From Myxococcota bacterium (lineage in GTDB: Bacteria > Myxococcota_A > UBA796 > CAJQPC01): a DNA stretch of 64,000 nt. Numbering within the stretch: position 1 is the first letter of the stretch; each line of letters opens with the position of its first letter. The notes beneath the pieces are model-generated. The model searched no databases. It worked only from the letters and a program-made list of their open reading frames with translations, and was not told the DNA's origin. Where the stretch lies: positions 426,565-490,564 of the forward strand of contig JAZAMN010000052.1 of the NCBI GenBank assembly GCA_036229005.1. Reading direction: 5' to 3'. Below, one piece after another: positions 38,778 to 47,786 of the stretch. The position numbers were made by a program, and so were the translations under genes.

Positions 38778-38814
38778 TGGTGGCAGGCTAATGGATGCGC
38801 CCAAGGAGGCCCAC

Positions 38815-41166
38815 GTGCTCTTCGTCCTGGCTCTGCTCGCCTGCCGCGACCGCGGCACCACCCCCGACACCGGGGAGAGCGTCGACACCGCAGACACCGG
38901 CAGCCCCGAGACCGACCCCTTGGTCACGCCTGGCCCCGCGCTGGGCGACTGCACGCCCCAGGACGGCGATCAGGGCGTGGCGCTCTCCGGCGTGCTGCTC
39001 CTGGACGACGGCCCGGTGTTCGGCGCGGTGCGCTTCCAGGAGGGCGAGATCGTCTGCGCCGGCGAGGACTGCGATCTCAGCGGCGCGCAGGTGATCTGCA
39101 CCGAGGGCGTCATCGGCGCGGGCGTGATCGATGCCCACGACCACATGCAGTACAACACCCTGCCCCCCTGGCAGATCGACCCGGTGTTCGAGGACCGCTA
39201 CGACTGGCAGTCCGACGGCCGCTACTGGGACTACCGCGAGGCCTTCGACAGCATCAGCGACGACCACGGCTGCGAGATCATGCGCTGGGCGGAGACCCGG
39301 GCCTTGATGAGCGGCAGCACCTCGGCGGTGGGCGTCTACTACAACAGTTGCCTGACGGGCGGCGTGCGCAACCTGGACGAGTCCAGCGGATTCCACGGCC
39401 TGGCCGACTTCGAGATGGTCTACAGCGCCTCCAAGGTGACCACGGGGCTGGACAGCGGGGACACCCAGAGCCTGAACGCGGAGCTGGCCTCCGGCGAGCT
39501 GGACGCGGCGCTCTACCACGTGGCCGAGGGCTGGGACGCCAGCGTGAACAGCGAGATCCCCTACATGCAGGAGATCGGCGGCAGCGGCGAGGGCTGGGTG
39601 TACGTACACGCCTCGGACGGCAGCACCGGACAGCTCGCGGCCCTGGCCTCCGAGGGCACCGGCGTGATCTGGTCCCCCCGCTCGAACCTGGCGCTCTACG
39701 GGGGCACGACCCCTGTGGCGGTCGCCAAGCGGATGGGCCTCAAGGTCGCCATCGGGCCGGACTGGACGCCCTCGGGCTCCCACAACCCCCGCGAGGAGCT
39801 GGTCTGCGCCGATGACTGGCTGACCGGGACGGGCACCCCCATCTCCGACCGGGAGATCTGGGCCATGGGGACCTCGCAGGCAGCGCAGGTGCTGGGATTG
39901 GAGGGCCAGATCGGCAGCCTGGCGGTGGGCGCGAAGGCCGACCTGGTCGTGTTCCCCTACTCCGACACCCCCTACCGTCAGGCCCTGGACAGCGCCCCGG
40001 GGGAGGTGCGCCTGGTCGTGGTCGACGGCGAGGCGGTGTTCGGCGAGCCGGAGCTCACCGGCGCGATGGATACCCAATCCACCTGCGAGGACTGGGATGT
40101 CTGCGGGCAGACCCGCCAGGTCTGTGTGAGCTGGGATGTGGCGGCCGTGCGAGACGAGCTGGAGGCTGCCCTGAGCCCCATCCAGACCGAGCAGCCCCTG
40201 GACTACACCAAGGAGCTCTACGGCCTGACCCAGTGCGAGGCCGACGAGCGGGGCCCCTGCGCGCCAGTGTCCGGCGGCAGCGAGGATCCGGACGGCGACG
40301 GGGTGACCTCGTCTGCGGACCTGTGCCCCGAGGTGTGGGACCCCCAGCAGTGGGACCACGATGGGGACGGGCTGGGCGACTTCTGCGATCCCTGCCCTCT
40401 GCTGCCTGACGCGGAGGACTGCACCCACGACCCGGTGGACATCGACGACGACGGCGTTCTCTACGACCAGGACCTCTGCCCGGTGCACTACGACCCCGCG
40501 CAGGAGGACAGCGACGGAGACGGCAAGGGCGACGCCTGTGACCCCTGCCCCGACGCGGCGAACCCCGGAGACGAGGGCTGCCCGCTGGGGGTCGACGTGA
40601 TCCAGGACGAGACGCACCCCGACCATCCCGAAGAGGGGGAGCGGCTGACCCTGAGCGGCCTGGTGGTCACGGGGCGGCGCTCGGGCAGCTCCGGGGGCTT
40701 CTTCGTGCAGGACCCGGCGCTGGACCGCTTCGCGGCCATCTACATCTACGACAAGGGCAGCGCCGATGTCGCCGTGGGCGATGAGGTCACGGTCTCCGGC
40801 AGCTACCTGGAGTACAACGGCCTGGCCGAGCTGGAGTCCCCCGAGGTCCAGGTGACGGGCACCGGCAGCATCACCCCGCTGGAGATGGACCCCTGCGAGG
40901 TGGGCACCGCCGGGAGCGACGCCGAGGCCTACGAGGGCATGCTCGTGGTCGTGAGCGGCGTGTCCGTGACCGACTCCAACCCGGACGCCCCCAGCGACTA
41001 CGGCGCGTTCGTGGTCGACGACTGCCTGTGGGTGGATGACACCCTGAGCACCGACTACGAGACCCACCCCGCCGAGGGGACCGCCTACTCCAGCATCACG
41101 GGCCCGATGACCTACGCCTACAGCGAGCGCCGCATCCTGCCCCGAGGCCCCGAGGACATCCAGTGA
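38815..41166 (+). CDS. Amidohydrolase-superfamily lipoprotein with TSP3 repeats and C-terminal OB-fold-like domains
   Basis: AAGGAGG RBS, LLAC lipobox, IDAHDH, YHVAEG, VHA, GPDW, GAKADLVV; DLCP...DxDGDGxGDxCD repeats; FFVQD / VGDEVTVSG / YEGMLV. Confidence 0.82.
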   Translation: MLFVLALLACRDRGTTPDTGESVDTADTGSPETDPLVTPGPALGDCTPQDGDQGVALSGVLLLDDGPVFGAVRFQEGEIVCAGEDCDLSGAQVICTEGVIGAGVIDAHDHMQYNTLPPWQIDPVFEDRYDWQSDGRYWDYREAFDSISDDHGCEIMRWAETRALMSGSTSAVGVYYNSCLTGGVRNLDESSGFHGLADFEMVYSASKVTTGLDSGDTQSLNAELASGELDAALYHVAEGWDASVNSEIPYMQEIGGSGEGWVYVHASDGSTGQLAALASEGTGVIWSPRSNLALYGGTTPVAVAKRMGLKVAIGPDWTPSGSHNPREELVCADDWLTGTGTPISDREIWAMGTSQAAQVLGLEGQIGSLAVGAKADLVVFPYSDTPYRQALDSAPGEVRLVVVDGEAVFGEPELTGAMDTQSTCEDWDVCGQTRQVCVSWDVAAVRDELEAALSPIQTEQPLDYTKELYGLTQCEADERGPCAPVSGGSEDPDGDGVTSSADLCPEVWDPQQWDHDGDGLGDFCDPCPLLPDAEDCTHDPVDIDDDGVLYDQDLCPVHYDPAQEDSDGDGKGDACDPCPDAANPGDEGCPLGVDVIQDETHPDHPEEGERLTLSGLVVTGRRSGSSGGFFVQDPALDRFAAIYIYDKGSADVAVGDEVTVSGSYLEYNGLAELESPEVQVTGTGSITPLEMDPCEVGTAGSDAEAYEGMLVVVSGVSVTDSNPDAPSDYGAFVVDDCLWVDDTLSTDYETHPAEGTAYSSITGPMTYAYSERRILPRGPEDIQ

Positions 41167-41960
41167 GGCTGCTGCTGTCGTTCTGGCTGGCCTGCGCGCC
41201 GGGCCCTGCACCGAGCGTCACCTCTGCTGAGCCGCCCGCCGGGTCCCCGAGTGGGCCCGCTGGAGAGCAGGTGTCGGCCGAGCCCGCCGAGGCGCCCGAG
41301 CCCGTGCCCGACACCATCGCGCTGCGCCACATCCTGCTGAGCTTCACCGGCAGCGCGACCCGCAGCAACATCTCAAGGTCCAAGGCCGAGGCAGAGCGGG
41401 AGCTGAGCGCGATCCGGGCGCGCGCTGTGGCCGGCGAGGACTTCGCTGAGCTGGCCAAGGAGTCCAGCGAGGACATGGGCTCTCGGCGGCGCGGAGGGTG
41501 GCTGGGCGCGGCGAGCCAGGAGGCCTATGTCCCCGCCTTCTCCGAGGCCGCCTGGCAGCTCCAGGTCGGCGACATCTCGCCCATCGTCGAGACGGAGTTC
41601 GGCCTGCACCTCATCAAGCGGGAGGCCTTGGAGCAGGTCCACCTGCAGCAGATCCTGGTCCAGCACGCGGACGTCCCCGGCGTGTGGCGCAGCGACAAGG
41701 ACCTGAACCGATCCCGCGCAGAGGCCAAAGGCCGAGCCGACGCCGCGCTCCAGGCCCTGGACGCCGGCGCGCCCTTCTCCCAGGTCGCCAAGGAGTACTC
41801 CGACGGCCCGATGGCGCCCTATGGCGGTGATCTGGGCGAGTTCCTCACCGGCGAGCTCGGCCCCGCGTTCGACCAGCAGGTGGACGCCCTGGAGCCCGGT
41901 CAGCGCAGCGCCGTGTTCGAGACGGAGGCCGGCTTCCACATCCTGGAGCGCCTGCCTTGA
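41163..41960 (+). CDS. Parvulin-type peptidyl-prolyl isomerase lipoprotein (two PpiC domains)
   Basis: RHILL, FAELAKESSED, GGWLG, ETEFGLHLI; second domain GGDLG, ETEAGFHIL. Confidence 0.92.
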   Translation: MRLLLSFWLACAPGPAPSVTSAEPPAGSPSGPAGEQVSAEPAEAPEPVPDTIALRHILLSFTGSATRSNISRSKAEAERELSAIRARAVAGEDFAELAKESSEDMGSRRRGGWLGAASQEAYVPAFSEAAWQLQVGDISPIVETEFGLHLIKREALEQVHLQQILVQHADVPGVWRSDKDLNRSRAEAKGRADAALQALDAGAPFSQVAKEYSDGPMAPYGGDLGEFLTGELGPAFDQQVDALEPGQRSAVFETEAGFHILERLP

Positions 41961-42604
41961 TCCTCTGGCTCAGCCTGGCCTGCGCCTCCGCTCCCAGCGA
42001 CCAGGCGCTACACGCCGAGGCCCTCCAGGCCGGAGCCCAAGCGGAGTGCGCCCCCATCTCCGACCCCCAGCTCCGGGGAGATTGCGAGGCGTGGCGGGCC
42101 CACAGCCTCGCCAAGGAGGACCTCAAGGCCGCCGAGGCCGCCTGCAAGCAGATCAGCGATCCCCGCTGGCGAGGCGAGTGCTGGTTCCTGCTCAGCGACG
42201 CCGTCCGCGCCGTGGGGACCGACGCCCAGCGCCTCTGCGGGCAAGCCGCCCAGTACGAGCGCGAGTGCCGAGGGCACGCCATCTCCCGCGAGGCCCGGCG
42301 GTGGCTGGAGACGCCCGGCAACGAGACCCAGGCGCAGGCAGACCTGGAGCAGCGCTGGAGCGCCCTCTACAAGCCGGAGAAGGCCCGATCTGAGGCCCAG
42401 CGCATGGTCGTGGCCCAACTCCTGAACCGGGAGAAGCCCTTCACCCCCCAGAGCTTTGGGGACGCCAGCGAGGACATCGTCAGGTTGACCCTCGCGGCGC
42501 ACCTTCGGCAGCACGGCTGCGCAGAGCACGGACTGTCCCCTTCCCTGGACCCCGCGCTCGTTGTGGCAGCGCGCCACGAGGCCGCCTGCCCGGCGCGGGA
42601 TTGA
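41957..42604 (+). CDS. Cys-rich lipoprotein, paralogue 1 of 3
   Basis: SLAC lipobox; LRGDCE, WRGECWFLLSD motifs shared with the next two genes. Confidence 0.75.
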   Translation: MILWLSLACASAPSDQALHAEALQAGAQAECAPISDPQLRGDCEAWRAHSLAKEDLKAAEAACKQISDPRWRGECWFLLSDAVRAVGTDAQRLCGQAAQYERECRGHAISREARRWLETPGNETQAQADLEQRWSALYKPEKARSEAQRMVVAQLLNREKPFTPQSFGDASEDIVRLTLAAHLRQHGCAEHGLSPSLDPALVVAARHEAACPARD

Positions 42605-42649
42605 CACCCTCCCAACGCTTGGCCTGTGGGCGCCGAATACAGTTCAGCG

Positions 42650-43291
42650 GTGCTCTTGCTCCTGCTGGCTTGTGGTGGCCATCGCCCTGAAGACAGGGAC
42701 CGGGAGCTCCACGCGCGGGCGCTGGCAGCGGGGAAGGACGCTGAGTGCTCTGGGATCCAGGACACGGCGCTCCGCGGAGACTGCGAGTCCTGGCGCGCTG
42801 GGCAGCTCGCCCTGTGGGACTCTGCAGCAGCCGAGTCCGCCTGCGATGAGATCAGCGCCGCGCTCTGGCGTGAGGAGTGCTGGTTCCTGCTCAGCGACAA
42901 CACCGAGGCCATCGGCGAGCGCGCCGAGCGCCTCTGTGGTCACACGGGGCGCTTCCAGACCCAGTGCCGCTCGCACGCCATTGGCCGCGAGGCGGTGCGC
43001 TGGCTCTCCACTCCTGGCCAGGAGGACCAGGCGATGGCCGGCCTGGAGGCGCACTTCCTCAAGAGCTATCCCCCCGAGCGGGCCTACCACGAAGCCCAGC
43101 GCGCCCTGACCAGCGAGCTCCTCAGGCGCCCCCGGCCCTTCACGCCGGCCACATTCGGGTACGCCAGCGACGAGATCGTGGTGTTCACCCTGGCTGAGCA
43201 CCTGCGCTTCAGCGACTGCAGCCGCAAGCAGTTTGCGAGCACGCTGGACCCCGAACTGGTCGCTCGCGCCGTGGCTGATGCGGGCTGCTGA
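42650..43291 (+). CDS. Cys-rich lipoprotein, paralogue 2 of 3
   Basis: LLAC lipobox; LRGDCESWRAG, WREECWFLLSDN. Confidence 0.75.
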   Translation: MLLLLLACGGHRPEDRDRELHARALAAGKDAECSGIQDTALRGDCESWRAGQLALWDSAAAESACDEISAALWREECWFLLSDNTEAIGERAERLCGHTGRFQTQCRSHAIGREAVRWLSTPGQEDQAMAGLEAHFLKSYPPERAYHEAQRALTSELLRRPRPFTPATFGYASDEIVVFTLAEHLRFSDCSRKQFASTLDPELVARAVADAGC

Positions 43292-43363
43292 GCGCCTGGG
43301 CGCGCGGAGGGGGATTGACACCCTCCAGACTCGGAGGGCGCAGATCACACATACCTTGAGGAA

Positions 43364-44029
43364 GTGTTGCTACTCCTCCTCTCCTGCGGCCTGAGCGCCC
43401 CCAGTGATCCCGACCAGCGGCTGCATGCGCAGGCGCTCGAGTCTGGCGCCAACGCTGACTGCGCCCAGATCGTCGACTCGGGCCTGCGGGGCGACTGCGA
43501 GTCCTGGCGCGCAGGCAAACTCGCCAGGACAGACTCGCTCGCTGCCGAGAGTGCCTGCGAAGACATCGAGCCGGATCTCTGGCGCGAGGAGTGCTGGTTC
43601 CTGCTCTCGGACAACGTGGAGTCCATGGGGAGTGAAGCGGAGCGGCTGTGCGCACAGACCGGGCGCTTTCAGCGGGAGTGCCACTCCCACGCCATTCAGC
43701 GGGAGGCCGAGCTCTGGCTGCGCGAGCCCGGCGAGGAGATGCAGGCCTTCGCAGGCCTGGAGGCCCACTTTGGGCTCAGCTACCCGCCCCAGCAGGCCCG
43801 CGCGGAGGCGCTGCGCGCGCTCACCAGTGAGCTGCTCCGCCGCCCGCGCCCCTTCACGCCCAGCAGCTTTGGGGACGCCAGCGAGGAGGTCGTGGTGTTC
43901 ACGCTCTCCGAGCACCTGCGCTTCCAGCGCTGCTCGGCTCGGGGCATGGCGCCCACCCTGGACCCCGCCCTGGTCGCTCAGGCCGAGGCCCAAGCGGGCT
44001 GCCCGATGCCTCTGGATCCCCGCGGTTAG
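43364..44029 (+). CDS. Cys-rich lipoprotein, paralogue 3 of 3
   Basis: LLSC lipobox; LRGDCESWRAG, WREECWFLLSDN; GAGG RBS. Confidence 0.75.
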   Translation: MLLLLLSCGLSAPSDPDQRLHAQALESGANADCAQIVDSGLRGDCESWRAGKLARTDSLAAESACEDIEPDLWREECWFLLSDNVESMGSEAERLCAQTGRFQRECHSHAIQREAELWLREPGEEMQAFAGLEAHFGLSYPPQQARAEALRALTSELLRRPRPFTPSSFGDASEEVVVFTLSEHLRFQRCSARGMAPTLDPALVAQAEAQAGCPMPLDPRG

Positions 44030-44601
44030 TCCACCGACTCCGCAGCCAGGAACTCACTGACGGCCTCTTCGATCTCCAGGTGTGCCGTCTGCAGGCCACG
44101 CGTGTGGACCCGCATCTCCCGGTCCACCAGCAGAATGAGCGGGAAGCTGTTGTCCGGGACGGCTTTGATGGACCACCCGTCCTGATCGGCGACGATCGGC
44201 GCGTTCTCTCCGCCGAGCTCGGCCCACTGTTGCAGCTCCGAGACGTCCACGCTGCCACCGACCTTGTCCTGGGGGAGCACGGTCACGAACACGACGCCGT
44301 CGTCGGCGAAGCGCTCCTGGCTCTCTCCCACGTGCTCCGCGAGCGCCTGGCAAGGGCCGCACCACATGGCCGAGATGTCCAGGACCATGAGCTGCCCGTG
44401 GAACTGCCAGAGAGAGACCTCATCGCCAAATTGGTCGGGGCCGCGCAGCTCCGGGATGACCTCGCCGACCCGGAATCCTTCCCCGGTGAGGGCGGGATCC
44501 TGCTCGATGGTGGGCCACCTGTTCTCCGGAGCGCTCCAGGGCTCCTCGTCCCCCTCACTGTAGAGCCGCGGCGCGCACGCCAGGGCCAGCAGCAAGCTCA
44601 C
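44026..44601 (-). CDS. TlpA/redoxin-family thiol-disulfide oxidoreductase lipoprotein (WCGPC)
   Basis: DQFGDEVSLWQF, DISAMWCGPC, SFP cis-Pro loop. Confidence 0.88.
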   Translation of the reverse strand: MSLLLALACAPRLYSEGDEEPWSAPENRWPTIEQDPALTGEGFRVGEVIPELRGPDQFGDEVSLWQFHGQLMVLDISAMWCGPCQALAEHVGESQERFADDGVVFVTVLPQDKVGGSVDVSELQQWAELGGENAPIVADQDGWSIKAVPDNSFPLILLVDREMRVHTRGLQTAHLEIEEAVSEFLAAESVD

Positions 44602-45167
44602 AGCTCCGCCTGCAGCAGCGCGTCCACCTGCTCCCGGATTGCAGCGTCGCTGGCCGCCAGATCGCGGGCCGAGACCTTGAGCTCCCGATCCAGGACCATG
44701 AGCTGAGGGAAGGTGTTCGTGGGGACGGCGTCCAGGTACCAGTCGGAGTCGTCTCCAACGATCGGGGCGGCGATCTCGAAGGCGTCCGCCCACTCCGCCA
44801 GATCGTCCACGCTGGGGGCCTCACCGTCCCGGTCCTGGGCCAATACGGTCAGGTAGACCACGCCGTCAGCCTCGTAGTGGGCCTGGGTCTCGGTCACATC
44901 TCCGGCGAGGTCCTGACAGGGCGCGCACCACATGGTGGAGATGTCCAGGATGACGACGTCTCCGTAGAACTGCCAGAGCGAGACTTCGTCGCCGAACTGG
45001 TCAGCGCCGACGAGCTCCGGGACGACCTCGCCGACCGCGAACCCCTCCGCAGCGAAGCCCTCCGGCAAGCCCGAGGCGGTGGGCCAGGAGTTCTCCGGGG
45101 GACTCCACACCTTGTCTCCATCGGAATACAGGCGGGGGGCACAGGCGAGCAGGAAGAGCGCAATCAT
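44598..45167 (-). CDS. TlpA/redoxin-family thiol-disulfide oxidoreductase lipoprotein (WCAPC), tandem paralogue
   Basis: DQFGDEVSLWQF, DISTMWCAPC, TFP. Confidence 0.88.
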   Translation of the reverse strand: MIALFLLACAPRLYSDGDKVWSPPENSWPTASGLPEGFAAEGFAVGEVVPELVGADQFGDEVSLWQFYGDVVILDISTMWCAPCQDLAGDVTETQAHYEADGVVYLTVLAQDRDGEAPSVDDLAEWADAFEIAAPIVGDDSDWYLDAVPTNTFPQLMVLDRELKVSARDLAASDAAIREQVDALLQAEL

Positions 45168-45227
45168 GGCCGGAGTGTACCCAAGAAACTCCCGGCTGCC
45201 ACGCGCATCCGACCCCCAGGAGTTCTC

Positions 45228-46538
45228 TTGACACAGCACCTGAGCCGCAAGGCCATCATCGAGCGCTTCCACAGCTACGGGTGCGCGCCCAAGGACTTCC
45301 GCATCGGCGCGGAGTTCGAGCGCATCATGCTGCGCTCCGACGGCCGACCGGTCGGCTACCACGAGCCCCACGGCGTCCGCTGGGTGCTCGAGCAGCTCAT
45401 GGAGCGCTTTGGCTGGGACCCCTACTACGAGGGCGAGTTCCCCATCGCGCTGCTCCGTGACGGCGCCAGCACCACCCTGGAGCCCGGCGGCCAGCTCGAG
45501 CTCTCCGGGGCCCCTTTCCGCACCATGCGCGAGGTCCAGGACGAGGCCAACCGCGACTTCGGCGAGCTGCAGTCGGTGCTGGAGGAGGCAGACATCCACA
45601 TCGTGGCGCTGGGCCTCACCCCCTTCGTGCCGATGGACGAGATCCCCTGGGTCCCCAAGGGCCGCTACCGCATCATGCGGGAGTACCTGCCCAAGTACGG
45701 CGACATGGCCCACGTCATGATGAAGGGCACGAGCTCCTTCCAGGCGAACTTCGACTACGTGGACGAGGCCGACTGCGGTCGCAAGATGCGCGTCCTGTCC
45801 GCCCTGGGCCCCCTGACCACGGCGACGTTCGCCAACAGCCCCCTGATGGCGGGCAAGCCCACCGGCTACCTGTCCACCCGCGGCCTGTCCTGGACCCGCA
45901 CCGATCCCGCTCGCACCGGCTTCCCGCCGGCTCTGCTGGGCGACTGGTCGCACGAGAAGTGGGTGGACTACCTGCTCTCCGTCCCGATGATGTTCATCAA
46001 GATCCGCGGGGAGTGGGTCGACGCCCAGGGCCGCAGCTTCCAGGACTGGATCGATCACGGCATCGACGGCGTCCACCCCACCTGGGCGGACTGGGAGCTC
46101 CACGAGACCAGCGTGTTCCCCGAGGTCCGCGTCAAGAAGGCCATCGAGGTGCGCGGCGCCGATGCGGTCCCCCTGCCGCTGGCCATCGCCGGCATCACCC
46201 TCTGGACGGGCTTCCTCTACGACAGCGTCGCCCTGGACGAGGTCGAGGCCCTGGTGGACGACCTCGGCGCCGCCACCCCCGAGCGCTTCCTCGCAGCCTG
46301 CCGGGACGGCCTGGAGGCCACCATCGGCGGTCGCCTGGCCTCCGAGTGGGCCCAGGATCTGGTGCGCATCTCCGCCCGGGGCCTCTCGCGCAGCCGCCCC
46401 TGTGAGCGAGCCCTGTTGGACCCCATCGAGGCCCTGGTCGCGCACGGCCAATCCCCCGCACAGGCGGTCCTTCGGATCTGGGAACAGACCGACTCGGGGG
46501 CCGACCGGAGCGCCTTCCTTCGCCGCGTCCTCTACTGA
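45228..46538 (+). CDS. gshA: Glutamate--cysteine ligase (plant/alphaproteobacterial type)
   Basis: IGAEFE, TLEPGGQLELSGAP, VPKGRYRIM, QANFDY, FANSP, FPEVRVKKAIEVRGAD; TTG after AGGAG. Confidence 0.9.
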   Translation: MTQHLSRKAIIERFHSYGCAPKDFRIGAEFERIMLRSDGRPVGYHEPHGVRWVLEQLMERFGWDPYYEGEFPIALLRDGASTTLEPGGQLELSGAPFRTMREVQDEANRDFGELQSVLEEADIHIVALGLTPFVPMDEIPWVPKGRYRIMREYLPKYGDMAHVMMKGTSSFQANFDYVDEADCGRKMRVLSALGPLTTATFANSPLMAGKPTGYLSTRGLSWTRTDPARTGFPPALLGDWSHEKWVDYLLSVPMMFIKIRGEWVDAQGRSFQDWIDHGIDGVHPTWADWELHETSVFPEVRVKKAIEVRGADAVPLPLAIAGITLWTGFLYDSVALDEVEALVDDLGAATPERFLAACRDGLEATIGGRLASEWAQDLVRISARGLSRSRPCERALLDPIEALVAHGQSPAQAVLRIWEQTDSGADRSAFLRRVLY

Positions 46539-46585
46539 GGCCCACCCCAGAGGAGTAGACTTGGGCGTGCCAGCGAGGTCACCCG

Positions 46586-47743
46586 ATGAATGAACCGGTC
46601 CCCAGCGCCCTCCTGGGCTTCGACACCGAGACCGTACAGGCCCTGCAGAGCCTGCTGGGCGAGCACCTGAACATCGCCCTGGAGCGCAGCGACCCCAAGG
46701 AGGGGCTCGTCGCTCTCCCCCATGTGCAGCCCCAGGCCGTGCTGCTCTACTTCGACACGGCGGACCTGCGCCTGAGCATGCAGCTCGCCCGGCGCATCCG
46801 ACACGATGTGCCCTCGGCGTCCCTTGTCCTGGTCTCCCACGAAGAGAACCTGGACGCCACCCGCGAGGCCGTCCGCATCGGCGCCCGCGCCGTCGTCGTG
46901 CTGGGCGAGGACGACCGCGATCTGCTCCTCACCTTCGAGAAGATGCGGCGGGAGACCCACAAGTCCGTCAACACGGGAACGGTGGTGTCCCTGCTCGGCG
47001 CCAAGGGCGGGATGGGCACCACCTCGCTGGCCATCAACCTGGCCTCCGCGCTGGCCCGCGACCCCAAGAACAAGGTGCTGCTGCTGGATCTCGCCCTCTT
47101 CATCGGCGAGGTCGGGGTCTACCTGGACATGCAGACCCCCTACTCCCTCTCGGAGTTCGTCCGGGATCTGCGTCGCCTGGACCAGCGCCACATCGACGAG
47201 CGCATCCCCAAGCACCGCACGGGCTTCTTTGTCCTCAGCCAGCCACCCCAGGTGGACGAGGCCGGCTCCCTGGAGGCCCACCAGGTCATCTCAGCCATCG
47301 CGGCCTCCAAGCGCTTCTTCACCCACATCATCGTGGACGCGGGCGCGCAGCTCAGCGAGGCGGGCCTGGGCGGCGTGAACACCTCGGACCTGAGCATCAT
47401 CGTCTGTACCCAGGAGCTGCCGGCCATCGTCAGCACGGGCCGCCGCGTGAGCCTGCTCACCCAGCTCTTTGGGGACCGCACCCGGATCCGCATCGTGCTC
47501 AACCGCTTCCAGGCCAAGGGCACCAGCAAGGAGAAGGTCGAGCAGTACGTGGGCCACAAGATCGCCGCGACGGTCTGCAATGACTACGCGAACATGAGCC
47601 GCTGCATCGAGAACGGGAAGGTGCTGCTCGAAGAGGCCCCCGCGGCCGAGATCACGGCGGACATCGCCAAGCTGATCCGCCTCTTCGACGGCGAGACCTC
47701 GATCGAGACCAAGGCCCGCCGCAAGCTCTTCGGGCTCTTCTGA
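46586..47743 (+). CDS. CpaE/TadZ-like protein (degenerate receiver domain plus MinD-type ATPase)
   Basis: GAKGGMGTTSLAINLA, LLLDL, IIVDAG, IVLNR; ends in RKLFGLF (amphipathic). Confidence 0.82.
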   Translation: MNEPVPSALLGFDTETVQALQSLLGEHLNIALERSDPKEGLVALPHVQPQAVLLYFDTADLRLSMQLARRIRHDVPSASLVLVSHEENLDATREAVRIGARAVVVLGEDDRDLLLTFEKMRRETHKSVNTGTVVSLLGAKGGMGTTSLAINLASALARDPKNKVLLLDLALFIGEVGVYLDMQTPYSLSEFVRDLRRLDQRHIDERIPKHRTGFFVLSQPPQVDEAGSLEAHQVISAIAASKRFFTHIIVDAGAQLSEAGLGGVNTSDLSIIVCTQELPAIVSTGRRVSLLTQLFGDRTRIRIVLNRFQAKGTSKEKVEQYVGHKIAATVCNDYANMSRCIENGKVLLEEAPAAEITADIAKLIRLFDGETSIETKARRKLFGLF

Positions 47744-47786
47744 GACGCTGAGCCTCTGAGAGGCCCTGAGCCCCTGAGCGGCCCGG

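Noticed and set aside
41957..44029. Cys-rich paralogues as c-type cytochromes served by the TlpA pair
   Set aside because: There is no CxxCH motif, only C-x9-C-x2-H.
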